Positions 1 through 8,811 of a DNA stretch of 32,000 bases are shown one piece after another (positions within the stretch are counted from its first letter, which is position 1; each line of letters begins with the position of its first letter). The translations under genes and the position numbers were made by a program. The notes beneath the pieces were generated by a model. The model searched no databases, was not told the DNA's origin, and worked only from the letters and a program-made list of their open reading frames with translations. The stretch covers positions 120,001-152,000 of the forward strand of contig JANQNC010000001.1 of NCBI GenBank assembly GCA_028279745.1, read 5' to 3'. This stretch comes from Candidatus Nanoarchaeia archaeon (GTDB lineage: Archaea > Nanobdellota > Nanobdellia > Woesearchaeales > JANQNC01).

Positions 1-519
1 GTAAGACATACCCATCAAAGTAGACGAGTTTGGAGGATTTAATGCAAAATCCAAAACCTTATGTTGAGGTCCAACAACATGAACATTACCTACAAATAAT
101 TTATCTTTGTAGTCGATACCTGCATTAACTAACTGGCTAATCTCTTTCTCCATGTAGTTGATAGGATCCATAACACACTCAGAACCGATTGCATTAACTT
201 TTCCAGTAAGAATTCCAGAAGGCGTTAGGTTGAAAACATATTTTTTACCATCTAACATAACAGTGTGGCCTGCATTCTCTCCTGAGTTAAATCTTGCAAT
301 CAATTGAACTAGCTCATTATTGGCAATAGCATCAGTTATTTTTCCTTTACCTTCATCACCAAAGTAACCTCCTGCAACAACTAAAACCTGATTAGCTTCA
401 ATTATTGGAAGTAGTACATCTTCAAAAGAGCTTGGAGAATAGCTGCCTGAATAATTTTCAGCTAGCGCTTCTATCACACTAATATCTTTTATTTCGTCAA
501 ATACATTTTGTATTGCCAT
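1..519 (-). CDS. purA: adenylosuccinate synthetase, N-terminal part (gene continues past the left edge)
   Basis: Absent from the ORF track because it is open at the window edge. Reverse-strand translation from ATG (517-519) reads MAIQNVFDEI...VVAGGYFGDEGKGKITD...FNSGENAGHTV..., showing the PurA GDEGKGK P-loop and GHT motif. AAGGTGA SD-like box lies in 520-532. Confidence 0.85.
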   Translation of the reverse strand, partial: MAIQNVFDEIKDISVIEALAENYSGSYSPSSFEDVLLPIIEANQVLVVAGGYFGDEGKGKITDAIANNELVQLIARFNSGENAGHTVMLDGKKYVFNLTPSGILTGKVNAIGSECVMDPINYMEKEISQLVNAGIDYKDKLFVGNVHVVGPQHKVLDFALNPPNSSTLMGMSY

Positions 520-532
520 TATTTCACCTTCG

Positions 533-1990
533 TTATTTTTTTACAGTCATGCTGTGAGTGTTACTCACGATCTGACTTGTTGTCGGAGAATTTAATTCTA
601 TAACTGCATTCTCTCTAAATTCGTTTAAGTTCATACTGCCTGAGTTAACTAGAGCAGCTTTTATCTTAGTCATGTCAACATTAAAGTTTGGCTTAAGTCT
701 CCCTTTGTAGAGAACTGTGCCTTCTTCACCTTCAGCAAAGAAAGTTTTTCTTGTAATGTGTCCGTAACGTTCAAGATTCTGAGCTCTCTTAGAACCTTCG
801 CCATAAGTAACAACTTCAACCATCTTATTCTCGTTTTTGGTTTCTTTACCGTCTTTGTCTAGCTTTTCACCTGCTGCTTCGTAGAAATGATTAAAGTAAC
901 CACCCATCATTATAGCATCTGCAACTGTTAATGCAATAATCATATCAGCAGGACTAGAAATTCCCCCGTCAGAAATGATTCTTACAAGGCGATTATGTTC
1001 TTTTAGGTAATCTTCTCTTGCTCTATTAGCTTCTAACAGAGCAGTGAATGGTGCTCTTCCAGTAGCTTTTTCTCTTTGAGTGCTGCAAATAGAACCAGAA
1101 GACATACCTGTCTTAATAATGTCTGCACCGTGCTTCATTAAGTAAAGGGCACCGTTGTATGTAATGACATTTCCAACACAGATAGGAACTCCTGTTTTCA
1201 TATCTTTGTATCTGTCAAGAACATTACTTGCAAACTCGCTGTAAGCATCAGAAGAATCAACAACAATTAAGTCAACACCTGCAGCAACACATTTCTCAAC
1301 TCTTTTCTCCCAACCTTTATGAGTTCTGATTGCTGCTCCAACTTGAAGTGTTTCAATATCCTTCTCAAAAGCTAACTTAACTAATCTATCTTGTTCATCC
1401 AATACAACTAAGTAGTTAGCATCTTTTTCTTTAATCATCGCTTTAGCTTCATCAACAGAAATATTTGGGTTATTGCAATAAGCTATTGGGTCTTGGCTTT
1501 CCCTTTTGAAAGGGGTCATAGCTTGAGTTACTCTTTCATCACTGCTAACTTCACTGTTCCAGTATTCTTGTTGATCAAAAACACCAAGTAAAAGATTATT
1601 TCTGTCGGTAACAGGAATTTTAGAATAACCGTGTCTTTCAATTAACTCAATAACTGATTCGACAGAGTCATTTTCATTCGCTATAACAGGATCCTCAACG
1701 AAATTCATCTCATAAGTCTTAATGTCTCTAATGATCTTCTCCTGTCTATCTATAGGTAAAGCAGCAGGTAAAATTCCCATGCCTCCTTCTTTACTTAGCT
1801 CTAAAGCCATATCATAACCAGTAACAGAACTCATAGCAGCACTTAACGTAGGAGTCTTAAGCTTAAGTTTGTCAGTAAGCTTAGTCTCTAAAGAAATTGC
1901 AGGAATTTCACAACCAAGTTTAGTTAAACCAGTAAGCAAACTGTACTCCTGAAAAGTTCTGCCAGGTTCGTTTATGATTTGTTTTACCAT
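533..1990 (-). CDS. guaB: IMP dehydrogenase with CBS pair
   Basis: 485 aa. IMPDH-like blocks: EGGMGILP, GVDLIVVDSSDAYS, active-site loop GMSSGSICSTQ, ISDGGISSPADMIIAL. The CBS-like insert is present. Lies 13 nt upstream of purA on the same strand. Confidence 0.85.
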   Translation of the reverse strand: MVKQIINEPGRTFQEYSLLTGLTKLGCEIPAISLETKLTDKLKLKTPTLSAAMSSVTGYDMALELSKEGGMGILPAALPIDRQEKIIRDIKTYEMNFVEDPVIANENDSVESVIELIERHGYSKIPVTDRNNLLLGVFDQQEYWNSEVSSDERVTQAMTPFKRESQDPIAYCNNPNISVDEAKAMIKEKDANYLVVLDEQDRLVKLAFEKDIETLQVGAAIRTHKGWEKRVEKCVAAGVDLIVVDSSDAYSEFASNVLDRYKDMKTGVPICVGNVITYNGALYLMKHGADIIKTGMSSGSICSTQREKATGRAPFTALLEANRAREDYLKEHNRLVRIISDGGISSPADMIIALTVADAIMMGGYFNHFYEAAGEKLDKDGKETKNENKMVEVVTYGEGSKRAQNLERYGHITRKTFFAEGEEGTVLYKGRLKPNFNVDMTKIKAALVNSGSMNLNEFRENAVIELNSPTTSQIVSNTHSMTVKK

Positions 1991-1992
1991 TC

Positions 1993-2781
1993 TTAGCTGA
2001 ACTGGTGTTCATAGCCCCCTACTTTCATCTTTTCTAAAAGTTCTTCTTTAAGCTCGGGGTAACCAACATTAAGAATCTTTTCACCCTTCTTTCTTGTTTT
2101 CTCATCTTTTAACATCTCTTCTAACTTTCCGGTGTGAAGTCTTAACGCGTTGTGAGCCCAAGCTCTCTTGTCTTTTAACCTGTCCATTAAAGAATCATAA
2201 ATGGCAGTTGTTACTATTCCTTTGTCCATTAAGAAAGTCCAAGCATTGCCGTCAAAAGGAACGACTGCATCACTTGGAATTTTAAGTTCTTCTAGTACTT
2301 TGAGTCCATCTTCCATCCTTTCAACATAAGGGTAAACATGAACAACTTCCCCGCCATTGTCCTTAATCTGAGGGACCCAATAATCTCGTATGGATGAACC
2401 TTCATTGTTCAGATCAGGAACAAGAATAACTCTTTTGTCTTTGATCAATCCAATTGGTTTCTTCTCTTTGTAAAGTTTTATGTGGGGTTTCTTTAAAGCG
2501 TAAGCAACAGGATTTGAGAAATCCCAATCTCTGGTTTCTCCTCCAGCAATTGCATCAAAACCATCTAAACCAATTGTTCCTTCAATAATCTCGCAAACAG
2601 CATTTATTGCATTATGATAATCTTGACCATCATTTTCTACAGCAATACTTTGAATGTAGTAATTGCCAATTTCACCTGAAGTGTAGGGAAACCAGATGTC
2701 TGTAAATTTGGGCTCTTTTTGTTTTGCAAGAGCAAGAAGTCCTTCTTGATGTAATTCTAATCTTCTTTTTTCTGTTATCAT
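1993..2781 (-). CDS. type I phosphoribosyltransferase, orotate-PRTase-like, with about 70-aa C-terminal extension
   Basis: 262 aa. PyrE-like N-terminal block FPYTSGEIGNYYIQS and PRPP-binding motif VILVPDLNNEGSSI. AAAGGTGAT SD box upstream of the ATG. Stop is 2 nt from the guaB start. Confidence 0.6.
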   Translation of the reverse strand: MITEKRRLELHQEGLLALAKQKEPKFTDIWFPYTSGEIGNYYIQSIAVENDGQDYHNAINAVCEIIEGTIGLDGFDAIAGGETRDWDFSNPVAYALKKPHIKLYKEKKPIGLIKDKRVILVPDLNNEGSSIRDYWVPQIKDNGGEVVHVYPYVERMEDGLKVLEELKIPSDAVVPFDGNAWTFLMDKGIVTTAIYDSLMDRLKDKRAWAHNALRLHTGKLEEMLKDEKTRKKGEKILNVGYPELKEELLEKMKVGGYEHQFS

Positions 2782-2924
2782 TTTCGCATCACCTTTTTAG
2801 TGTTTTTCAAAGTAGAATTAAGATATTAATCCCACCCCTCTTAGTTGGGTATTCCTAATATAAGTAGAATATAAATGTTACTATTTTACCGACGGTAGAA
2901 TTGTTACGAGTTGGTTATAAATAT

Positions 2925-2975
2925 CTGCAAATTTTAAATTTGCAGTATTCCCAAAAATTTGTAAACAAATTTTTG
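2925..2975 (-). terminator. two adjacent AT-rich palindromes downstream of the small lipoprotein gene (terminator or operator; ambiguous)
   Basis: 2925-2945 is CTGCAAATTT-T-AAATTTGCAG (perfect 10-bp arms). 2952-2975 is CAAAAATTTGT-AA-ACAAATTTTTG (perfect 11-bp arms). Both are built on the half-site CAAATTT and contain T5 runs on the transcribed strand. Confidence 0.35.
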
Positions 2976-3002
2976 ATGAAAAATAAAAAATTATAGTGAT
3001 CC

Positions 3003-3233
3003 TTATTCAAGCACTATGCTGTCAAGCTCTTTGTCAAGATCATCTAATTCGCTAAGATCAAGATCATCGTCTAGAGAGTCAAGACCTTCGATGTCTGCTT
3101 CAACATCGCTTGTGTCAACTTCGTTTGTTTCAGTTACATTGGTTGTATCTTTAGCTTCATCAGCGTTGTCAACAGATTGTGCACAACCTGTCAAAAGCAA
3201 TAAAGCGAATACGACAAATAAATATTTCAACAT
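3003..3233 (-). CDS. small acidic lipoprotein (lipobox LTGC)
   Basis: 76 aa. MLKYLFVVFALLLLTGC|AQS signal peptide with lipobox Cys, then a D/E-rich tail. GAGGTGAG SD box upstream of the ATG. Confidence 0.6.
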   Translation of the reverse strand: MLKYLFVVFALLLLTGCAQSVDNADEAKDTTNVTETNEVDTSDVEADIEGLDSLDDDLDLSELDDLDKELDSIVLE

Positions 3234-3310
3234 GTTTTATCTCACCTCACATTAATTATGGAGTTATGTTTGGATTTTTATTTTATAAAAGTATGGTTTT
3301 TAGCAAGGTT

Positions 3311-3318
3311 TTTAAAAT
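3311..3318 (+). promoter_or_regulatory. TATA-like box (TTTAAAAT) 28 nt upstream of the lgt ATG; leaderless geometry
   Basis: Sequence and spacing read directly. The same geometry recurs at 4104, 4637, 5259, 10240, 11175, 19432, 24979 and 25935. Confidence 0.45.
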
Positions 3319-3338
3319 AAGTCAACTATTTTTACAGT

Positions 3339-4094
3339 ATGTTTGTACACAACATAGATTCAGTAGCATTCAGCATAGGGAATTTCCAAATTTATTATTA
3401 TGGGATTATTTATGCGTTAGGATTCTTACTTGTTTACTTGATGATTCCTTGGCTAGCGAAGAAGAAAGGATTAAAGAGGTTGGATAGAGACAAAACAGCA
3501 GACTTGATCATCTATATGGTAATAGGAGATATAATCGGAGCAAGACTATTTCATGTATTGTTTTACAATCCTGCCTATTACCTCAATAATCTTATAGAAA
3601 TATTCCAGATATGGAAAGGAGGATTAAGTTTTCATGGTGCACTAGTTGGGCTAATAGCTGGAGTGATACTGTTTTGCAAGAAAAATAAGTTCAAGTTTTA
3701 TGATGTTGCAGACTTAGCAGTGATTCCGGGATCTTTGGCTTTATTCTTCGGTCGTATAGCTAACTTTATCAACGGGGAACTGGTTGGAAAGATAACCGAT
3801 GTAAATTGGTGTGTTATTTTTCAAGGGTATGAAGGGTGTAGACATCCATCACAACTGTATGAAGCGTTCAAGAATCTAGTAATATTCGGAACATTGATGT
3901 TTGTAAATGGTAAAAGTAGTAAGAAAGGAACTAATTTCTGGACATTTGTGTTGATGTATGGGATTTTGAGATTTAGTGTGGAGTTCTTTAAAGATGTCGG
4001 TTGGGTGTTTTTGAACCTGAACGCGGGACAATGGTTGACATTGCCGATGATAATAGTTGCAACTATCTTTTTGATCAGGATTCATAAGAAATAG
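3339..4094 (+). CDS. lgt: prolipoprotein diacylglyceryl transferase
   Basis: 251 aa, polytopic. Lgt signature blocks WKGGLSFHGALVGL and FFGRIANFINGELVGK, plus CRHPSQLYEA. Confidence 0.8.
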   Translation: MFVHNIDSVAFSIGNFQIYYYGIIYALGFLLVYLMIPWLAKKKGLKRLDRDKTADLIIYMVIGDIIGARLFHVLFYNPAYYLNNLIEIFQIWKGGLSFHGALVGLIAGVILFCKKNKFKFYDVADLAVIPGSLALFFGRIANFINGELVGKITDVNWCVIFQGYEGCRHPSQLYEAFKNLVIFGTLMFVNGKSSKKGTNFWTFVLMYGILRFSVEFFKDVGWVFLNLNAGQWLTLPMIIVATIFLIRIHKK

Positions 4095-4131
4095 AAAAAC
4101 CTTTTTAAATAGAAAGTTCTAAAATTATAAT

Positions 4132-4635
4132 ATGCCGACAGCAGTAGTACACGTATTATTGACAATAATCGCAATAGACCTATTTAGAGATTACTTCTTG
4201 CCAAAACATCATCTAAAGAAGTTTCCAAGATGGATGGTGCTGGTAGGAGGAATAGCAGGATTACTGCCAGATGTAGATATGCCATTTACATGGGCATACA
4301 ATTTTATATTTGGAACTAACGTGAATTTTCATGCGGGTGTAACACATGCATACATATTTGCAGCACTGTTCTTAGGGGTTGCATGGCTGTTACATTTTAT
4401 GAAAAAAGAAAAAGCATCAATGCTATTTGCAATAATATTTTTTGGTTATGCATTCCACATAACACTAGACTTTTTTGTATTAGGGGGAGCGTACATGCCA
4501 TTGTGGCCCTTCTCCGCATTTCAGATGCCAAGAACATTTATTTCACTCGATCACTTATTCGGGTTGGATGCAATACTCTTGATATTATGGTTAGTGCATG
4601 AAGAATTCAAGCATAAGATAAAAGATTACATATAA
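4132..4635 (+). CDS. membrane-bound metal-dependent hydrolase, DUF457/YdjM-like
   Basis: 167 aa, 4-5 TM segments. Motifs GLLPDVDMP, FHAGVTHAY and HITLDFF resemble DUF457. TATA box TTTAAATA at 4104, 28 nt upstream of the ATG. Confidence 0.5.
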   Translation: MPTAVVHVLLTIIAIDLFRDYFLPKHHLKKFPRWMVLVGGIAGLLPDVDMPFTWAYNFIFGTNVNFHAGVTHAYIFAALFLGVAWLLHFMKKEKASMLFAIIFFGYAFHITLDFFVLGGAYMPLWPFSAFQMPRTFISLDHLFGLDAILLILWLVHEEFKHKIKDYI

Positions 4636-4666
4636 GTTTATAAATGATAAAAGGTAAATTAAGAAA

Positions 4667-5236
4667 ATGAAAAGAATAACAATAGTTGCTTTGTTGGTGA
4701 TGTTCTTACTAGTTGGGTGTGGGTCTGATAGTGAGGTTATAGTCCCAAAAAGCAGCTATGATTTTGGTAAAGCTTTAGATGATATAAAGTTTGTGGACGA
4801 TAAATACGATGTTGTAGAAGGAAAAGTATTACCTCAACACTTTGAAGGATTGATATTTGATTATGAAGGATTAGAATCAAAATTGGAAAGCATGGACAGT
4901 TCACAAGATGTTGAAGCAGCAATATTATTGGTTAAATTCAAACTTAACATGTTTAGATCAAGAGACAAGATGAGAGTATCCTCATTTAACATAGGAGACA
5001 ATGTATGTGGAAGGATGCAAGAGTTTGACGAATCCGTAATGAACGCAGAAGACGCAGTAGACAAAGGAAAAGAAGCGATAAGTTCTGTAGATAATTTCAT
5101 TAAAAACTATCCTGCACAGTTGAAAAAAGCAGGTTCCGACGATGTTCTTGGGCTAAGAGAAGAGTTAGAATCAGATGTCAATAGACTGGAATCAAACACA
5201 CAAGGTTTGAAAGATTACGTAGCATCAATCTGTTAG
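4667..5236 (+). CDS. lipoprotein (lipobox LVGC), function unknown
   Basis: 189 aa. MKRITIVALLVMFLLVGC|GSD, with the remainder predicted helical and acidic. TATA box TTTATAAA at 4637, 30 nt upstream. Confidence 0.6.
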   Translation: MKRITIVALLVMFLLVGCGSDSEVIVPKSSYDFGKALDDIKFVDDKYDVVEGKVLPQHFEGLIFDYEGLESKLESMDSSQDVEAAILLVKFKLNMFRSRDKMRVSSFNIGDNVCGRMQEFDESVMNAEDAVDKGKEAISSVDNFIKNYPAQLKKAGSDDVLGLREELESDVNRLESNTQGLKDYVASIC

Positions 5237-5291
5237 TTCTGTCACTACTCCAGAAAAGTTTATATAAGATCTAGTTTCTAGTTTTAGAAAT

Positions 5292-6866
5292 ATGTGCGGG
5301 ATTGGAGGGGTGTATATTAAGAATCATAAACGAAATAGACTGAATGCTCTTCTTTATGCTCACAGGATAGGGGTTGCACAGCAGAACAGAGGAGATTTCT
5401 ATTCGGGTATGAGTTGGTATAAGCGAGCACCAAGGAAAGACAGAGATCCATTTAATGTCTTAGTGAATGAAGGTTCTTTCTTAACTGCGTTCGGCACACC
5501 TGAATCTTATGAATTCAAAAATTTGATCAGAACTAACAACGCCAAAGTTGCAACTTCGCACAACAGGTACAAAACAGAAGGAAAAAAGAAAGAAGGACAT
5601 CCAGTCGTAACAAGACATGACAGAGCATTCAAACAATTCTCATTGGTTCACAATGGAACAATGTATAAAGATCACATGAAAAACCAACTCAGAGGAGATA
5701 AAGCAAACTACATAAAAAGGTCAGACATGGATACGGAGTATGCAAGAATCATGCTTGCAAGAGCACTGAAAGATTTTGACAACATTCCAAGCATAGATGA
5801 TTACGTAAATATTTTTAGCGAGCTAAGCAAAAAAGAGTTCACACCTTCATACTCTTTCGGGTTCTTAGATACTAATGCACAACTGATAGCTGTGAGAGAT
5901 CCCCAAGGGATAAGACCTTTATGCTATTTTGAAGACGATGAAGTTTTTGCATTTGCATCACAGACAGATGCACTACTAAAAACCTTTTCTGGAAGGGTTG
6001 GCGATTCAGACATAAAGATGTTAGAGCCTGGACATATGTTGGTCGCAAGAAAGAATAAGGTAACCAAACATAAGTTTGCCGAATCAAAAAAGAAATCCTG
6101 CTGCATATTTGAAGCAATATACTTCATGAATACAGGGGGGAGATTTGAGGACATAATGATCCAAACTTCACGTAACTCTTTGGGTGAGAAACTAGGATCA
6201 AACCCTGAAGTGTATCAAGAGATGCAAAAAGATATTGCTAATGGGTTGGAGCCAGTAATCGCACCTGTGCCGGGAACAGGGATACCAATAGCAAATTCAG
6301 TACAGGAGGCATTGTACAACACGTATAACCAATTTGTTCCTATGAGTGACGTATTAATAAAAGTCGGAGCATTCAGATCATTTATAGCAGAAGGAGACAA
6401 ACTAGAGAAAGTAAAGTTTAAATTTGATGTATCTCACAGACTTTTTAAAGGAAAAAGTGTTTATTTAGTTGATGACAGCATAGTTAGAGGAACTACAAGT
6501 AAAGAAATAACACAATATGTAAAAGAAGTTGGTGGCGCAAGTAAAGTTAATTGGTTAGTTGCGGCATCCCCTAATAGGTTCCCTTGCTTCTATGGTATAA
6601 ACATGCCAACGCTTGATGAACTAATAGCATCAAATAAAACCATATCTCAAGTGAGAGAAGCAATTGCAGCAGACTTTTTACATTACAACTCTAACGAAGA
6701 TATGAGGGATGCAGTGGAGTCATGCTCTGAACTTTTAGGAAGAAAAGATTTTTGTGATTCCTGTTTCACAGGAGATTATCCTACACGAGAAGGACAGACA
6801 ATGTACTGGAGAGCTTATAGAAAAGCAGAAAAGAATGGTTGGAAACCTAACGGATTTAAGAATTAA
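5292..6866 (+). CDS. purF: amidophosphoribosyltransferase (Fe-S cluster type)
   Basis: 524 aa. N-terminal nucleophile MCGIGG, SHNRYKT, HNGTMY, PRPP motif VYLVDDSIVRGTTS. Cluster cysteines in CCIFEAIYF, CFYGINMP and CDSCFTGDYP. Confidence 0.85.
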   Translation: MCGIGGVYIKNHKRNRLNALLYAHRIGVAQQNRGDFYSGMSWYKRAPRKDRDPFNVLVNEGSFLTAFGTPESYEFKNLIRTNNAKVATSHNRYKTEGKKKEGHPVVTRHDRAFKQFSLVHNGTMYKDHMKNQLRGDKANYIKRSDMDTEYARIMLARALKDFDNIPSIDDYVNIFSELSKKEFTPSYSFGFLDTNAQLIAVRDPQGIRPLCYFEDDEVFAFASQTDALLKTFSGRVGDSDIKMLEPGHMLVARKNKVTKHKFAESKKKSCCIFEAIYFMNTGGRFEDIMIQTSRNSLGEKLGSNPEVYQEMQKDIANGLEPVIAPVPGTGIPIANSVQEALYNTYNQFVPMSDVLIKVGAFRSFIAEGDKLEKVKFKFDVSHRLFKGKSVYLVDDSIVRGTTSKEITQYVKEVGGASKVNWLVAASPNRFPCFYGINMPTLDELIASNKTISQVREAIAADFLHYNSNEDMRDAVESCSELLGRKDFCDSCFTGDYPTREGQTMYWRAYRKAEKNGWKPNGFKN

Positions 6867-6867
6867 A

Positions 6868-8760
6868 TTATTTCTTACTGATAACTTCTTCAATAAGTTG
6901 AGAAGCAAAGTCAGCAACTTCAGATTCACCTTTAACTTCATTATCTCTAGTTCTTACGTTAACGGTTTTATTCTCTTCTTCTTTGTCGCCTATAACTAGA
7001 ATGTAATTAACGTGAGCAAGTTCAGCTTCTCTAACTTTCTTAGAAGTTGTCATAGCTCTTTCATCGATTGTAACTCTTAAGCCAGCATTAGTCAACTCTT
7101 TCTTAACTTCTTCAGAATACTTAACGTGTCTGTCAGCTATAGGTAAGATCCTAACTTGTTCAGGGTTAATCCAAAGAGGGAACTTACCTGCATAATGTTC
7201 TACTAGAATGCCAATAAATCTTTCTAAACTTCCAACAATAACTCTATGAAGCATAACAGGCCTATGTTTGTTGCTATCAGAACCTTCGTAAGTTAAGTCA
7301 AACTTTTCAGGCATCTGGAAATCTAATTGGATGGTGCCACATTGCCAAGTCCTACCGATAGCATCCTTTAGATGAAAGTCAATCTTAGGACCATAAAAAG
7401 CACCATCTCCTTCGTTGATCTTGTAATCTTTTTTTGTTTCATCTAAGACTTCTTTTAACTTAGTTTCTGCTAGCTCCCATAGTTCTTCATTACCCATTGC
7501 TTTTTCTGGCTTGGTTGAGAGTTCGATATCGTATTCGAAACCAAACACTGTGTAAACTTCGTCTATGAAATTGATTAGATCCTTTATTTCGTCCTTGATT
7601 TGGTCTTCAGTACAGAAAACGTGAGCGTCATCCTGAGTAAACGCTCTTACTCTGAACAAGCCAGATAGTACGCCTGATAATTCATGCCTGTGAACTAATC
7701 CAAATTCTCCAGCTCTTATCGGCAAATCTCTGTAGGAATGTGCTTTTGTCTTGTAGACAAGAATGTTTCCTGGGCAGTTCATCGGTTTAACAGCATAATC
7801 CTGTTTATCTACTTTAGTGAAATACATATTTTCTTGATAGTGATCCCAGTGTCCAGATTGTAACCAAAGTTCTTTGTTAAGAATGATTGGAGTTTTGTTG
7901 ATTTCATAATTCCTTTGGATCATCAGCTCTTTAACAAACTCATGTAATGTATTCCAGATGAATGAACCTTTAGCGTGGAAGAAAGGCATACCTGGCGCTT
8001 CTTCATGGAAACTGTAAAGGTCCATCTCTTTGCCAATCTTTCTATGATCTCTCTTAGCAGCCTCTTCTAGTAAATTTAGGTATTGTTTTAGTTCTTTTTT
8101 GTCAGGATATGAGATACCATAAATTCTTTGTAACTGAGTATTGTCAGCATCACCTTTCCAGTAAGCACCTGCGACCTTCATAAGCTTCATTGCCTTAACT
8201 TTTCCGGTGTTTATCACATGGGGGCCTCGGCATAGGTCTGAGAAATTGCCCATCGTGTAGATAGAAACAGTTTCGTCGTCGGGTAATTCTTGGATTAATT
8301 GTGCTTTGTAAGGATTATCTTGGAACATTACTTCTGCTTCTTCTTTAGAAACTTCTTTTCTCTCAAAAGGAAGCTTTTCTTTAATGATTTTTTTCATCTC
8401 TTCTTCAATCTTCGGAAGATCTTCTGGTGTTATAGGTGGCATATCAAAATCGTAATAGAAACCTTCTTCCACCGTGGGGCCTATTGTAGGCTTAGCTTCA
8501 GGATAAAGTTTTATTACTGCTGCTGCTAAGATGTGAGCAGATGAATGTCTGAATACTTCTATGCCTTCCTCATCTTTGAATGTAAGAATTTGAACATCTG
8601 AGTCGTGTTCTATGGGAGTTGTTAAGTCTTGAACATTGCCATTAACGTTAACTGCAACTGCAGCTCTAGCTAAACCTTCTGAAATTGATTGAGCTATCTC
8701 TAAACCATTAACTCCCTGACTGAAATCTTTTTCACTCCCATCTGGAAACTTAATCTTCAT
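6868..8760 (-). CDS. thrS: threonyl-tRNA synthetase (TGS + editing/SAD + class II core + anticodon domain)
   Basis: 630 aa. MKIKFPDGS (TGS), HSSAHILAAAV, class II motifs GLVHRHELSG..FRVRAFTQDDAHVF. Clear full-length ThrRS. Confidence 0.95.
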   Translation of the reverse strand: MKIKFPDGSEKDFSQGVNGLEIAQSISEGLARAAVAVNVNGNVQDLTTPIEHDSDVQILTFKDEEGIEVFRHSSAHILAAAVIKLYPEAKPTIGPTVEEGFYYDFDMPPITPEDLPKIEEEMKKIIKEKLPFERKEVSKEEAEVMFQDNPYKAQLIQELPDDETVSIYTMGNFSDLCRGPHVINTGKVKAMKLMKVAGAYWKGDADNTQLQRIYGISYPDKKELKQYLNLLEEAAKRDHRKIGKEMDLYSFHEEAPGMPFFHAKGSFIWNTLHEFVKELMIQRNYEINKTPIILNKELWLQSGHWDHYQENMYFTKVDKQDYAVKPMNCPGNILVYKTKAHSYRDLPIRAGEFGLVHRHELSGVLSGLFRVRAFTQDDAHVFCTEDQIKDEIKDLINFIDEVYTVFGFEYDIELSTKPEKAMGNEELWELAETKLKEVLDETKKDYKINEGDGAFYGPKIDFHLKDAIGRTWQCGTIQLDFQMPEKFDLTYEGSDSNKHRPVMLHRVIVGSLERFIGILVEHYAGKFPLWINPEQVRILPIADRHVKYSEEVKKELTNAGLRVTIDERAMTTSKKVREAELAHVNYILVIGDKEEENKTVNVRTRDNEVKGESEVADFASQLIEEVISKK

Positions 8761-8783
8761 AAAGCTGATATTTTGAGGGTGTA

Positions 8784-8791
8784 TATTTAAA
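8784..8791 (-). promoter_or_regulatory. TATA-like box (TTTAAATA on the minus strand) 31 nt upstream of the thrS ATG
   Basis: Read directly. Same spacing as the plus-strand leaderless promoters. Confidence 0.4.
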
Positions 8792-8811
8792 TTTATCTAT
8801 GACAGAATGAG

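Noticed and set aside
2885-2896. GC-rich 10-mer TTTACCGACG shared by two intergenic regions (2887-2896 and 15887-15896), the first within a TACCG-A-CGGTA mini-palindrome
   Set aside because: Only 10 nt are shared and the flanks do not align. A chance match between two spacers of about 250 nt is not negligible. Worth a genome-wide motif count but not supportable as a feature.
3016-3255. 79-aa Ser-rich plus-strand ORF (also 3179-3487)
   Set aside because: It is the antisense shadow of the D/E-rich small lipoprotein gene, where GAT/GAA codons read as ATC/TTC-type Ser/Leu-rich frames. It has no promoter or SD box, and it overlaps a better-supported gene.
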